The notes under the pieces are model-generated. The model had not been told where the DNA came from. It worked only from the letters and a program-made list of their open reading frames with translations, and did not search any database. Below are positions 63,677 to 64,000 of a stretch of 64,000 nucleotides of DNA, one piece after another (positions within the stretch are counted from its first letter, which is position 1; every line of letters begins with the position of its first letter). A program made the translations under genes and the position numbers. Source of the DNA: an uncultured Nitrososphaerota archaeon (GTDB lineage: Archaea > Thermoproteota > Nitrososphaeria > Nitrososphaerales > Nitrosopumilaceae); assembly GCA_963824385.1 (NCBI GenBank), contig CAWGPD010000002.1:32001-96000 (forward strand), in the 5' to 3' direction.

Positions 63677-64000
63677 TTATGCACCTGCACCAGATTTCTT
63701 TCTGTACTTCTCGATTAATTCTGGCTTGATACGATTAAGTTCAGAGTCTGATAATTCACTTAGTAGTTCCCAGCCAATATCCAAAGTTTGTTCAATTGAA
63801 CGGTTCTCGTCCATTCCTTGGTTGACAAACTTTCTTTCAAAGTCATTAGCAACTTTCATGAATTTTCTATCAAGGTCACTAAGAGCCTCTTCACCAACTA
63901 TTGCAGCCAATGATCTTGCATCCTTACCCTGTGCATAAGATGAGTAGAGTTGGTCTGCAAGACTTCGGTGATCTTCTCTTGTACTTCCTTTTCCAATACC
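63677..64000 (-). CDS. atpB: A/V-type ATPase subunit B, 3' end (runs off window)
   Basis: [29 protein letters not shown]. Confidence 0.93.
   Translation of the reverse strand, partial: GIGKGSTREDHRSLADQLYSSYAQGKDARSLAAIVGEEALSDLDRKFMKVANDFERKFVNQGMDENRSIEQTLDIGWELLSELSDSELNRIKPELIEKYRKKSGAGA

Overview
Gene-dense, AT-rich archaeal chromosome segment from an ammonia-oxidising Nitrososphaerota (Thaumarchaeota). PEFG-CTERM proteins and blue-copper proteins support the phylum. The atpB-D-H-I order of the ATPase operon points to an acidophilic Nitrosotalea-like lineage (inference). Bases 1-48 kb are mostly housekeeping: tiaS, dph2, csl4, pheA, guaAB, folP/mptE, thermosome, adenine deaminase, ribosomal proteins, cobalamin and riboflavin clusters, hflX, tfe, tRNA-Gly, class II RNR and thiolase. 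Bases 48-59 kb are accessory: four PEFG-CTERM surface proteins, a metal ABC transporter with a NikR-type regulator, a CC1-like small basic protein, a pentapeptide-repeat protein and a ClpP-like protein. pyrB/pyrI and the end of the ATPase operon close the window. Highlights: (1) a wHTH + ATP-cone + apparently catalytically dead class III RNR protein directly upstream of nrdJ, with an inverted repeat in the nrdJ promoter, suggesting a pseudoenzyme-based RNR regulator; (2) 16 of 19 single-base frameshifts fall in or next to a reconstructable AGCT, most likely basecalling errors at a methylated motif rather than pseudogenes; (3) nucleotide-identical sorting tails on different surface proteins; (4) candidate RbkR-, NikR- and PhoU-type operators; (5) a CobQ lacking its glutaminase domain. 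All calls come from motif recognition by eye; no searches were run.
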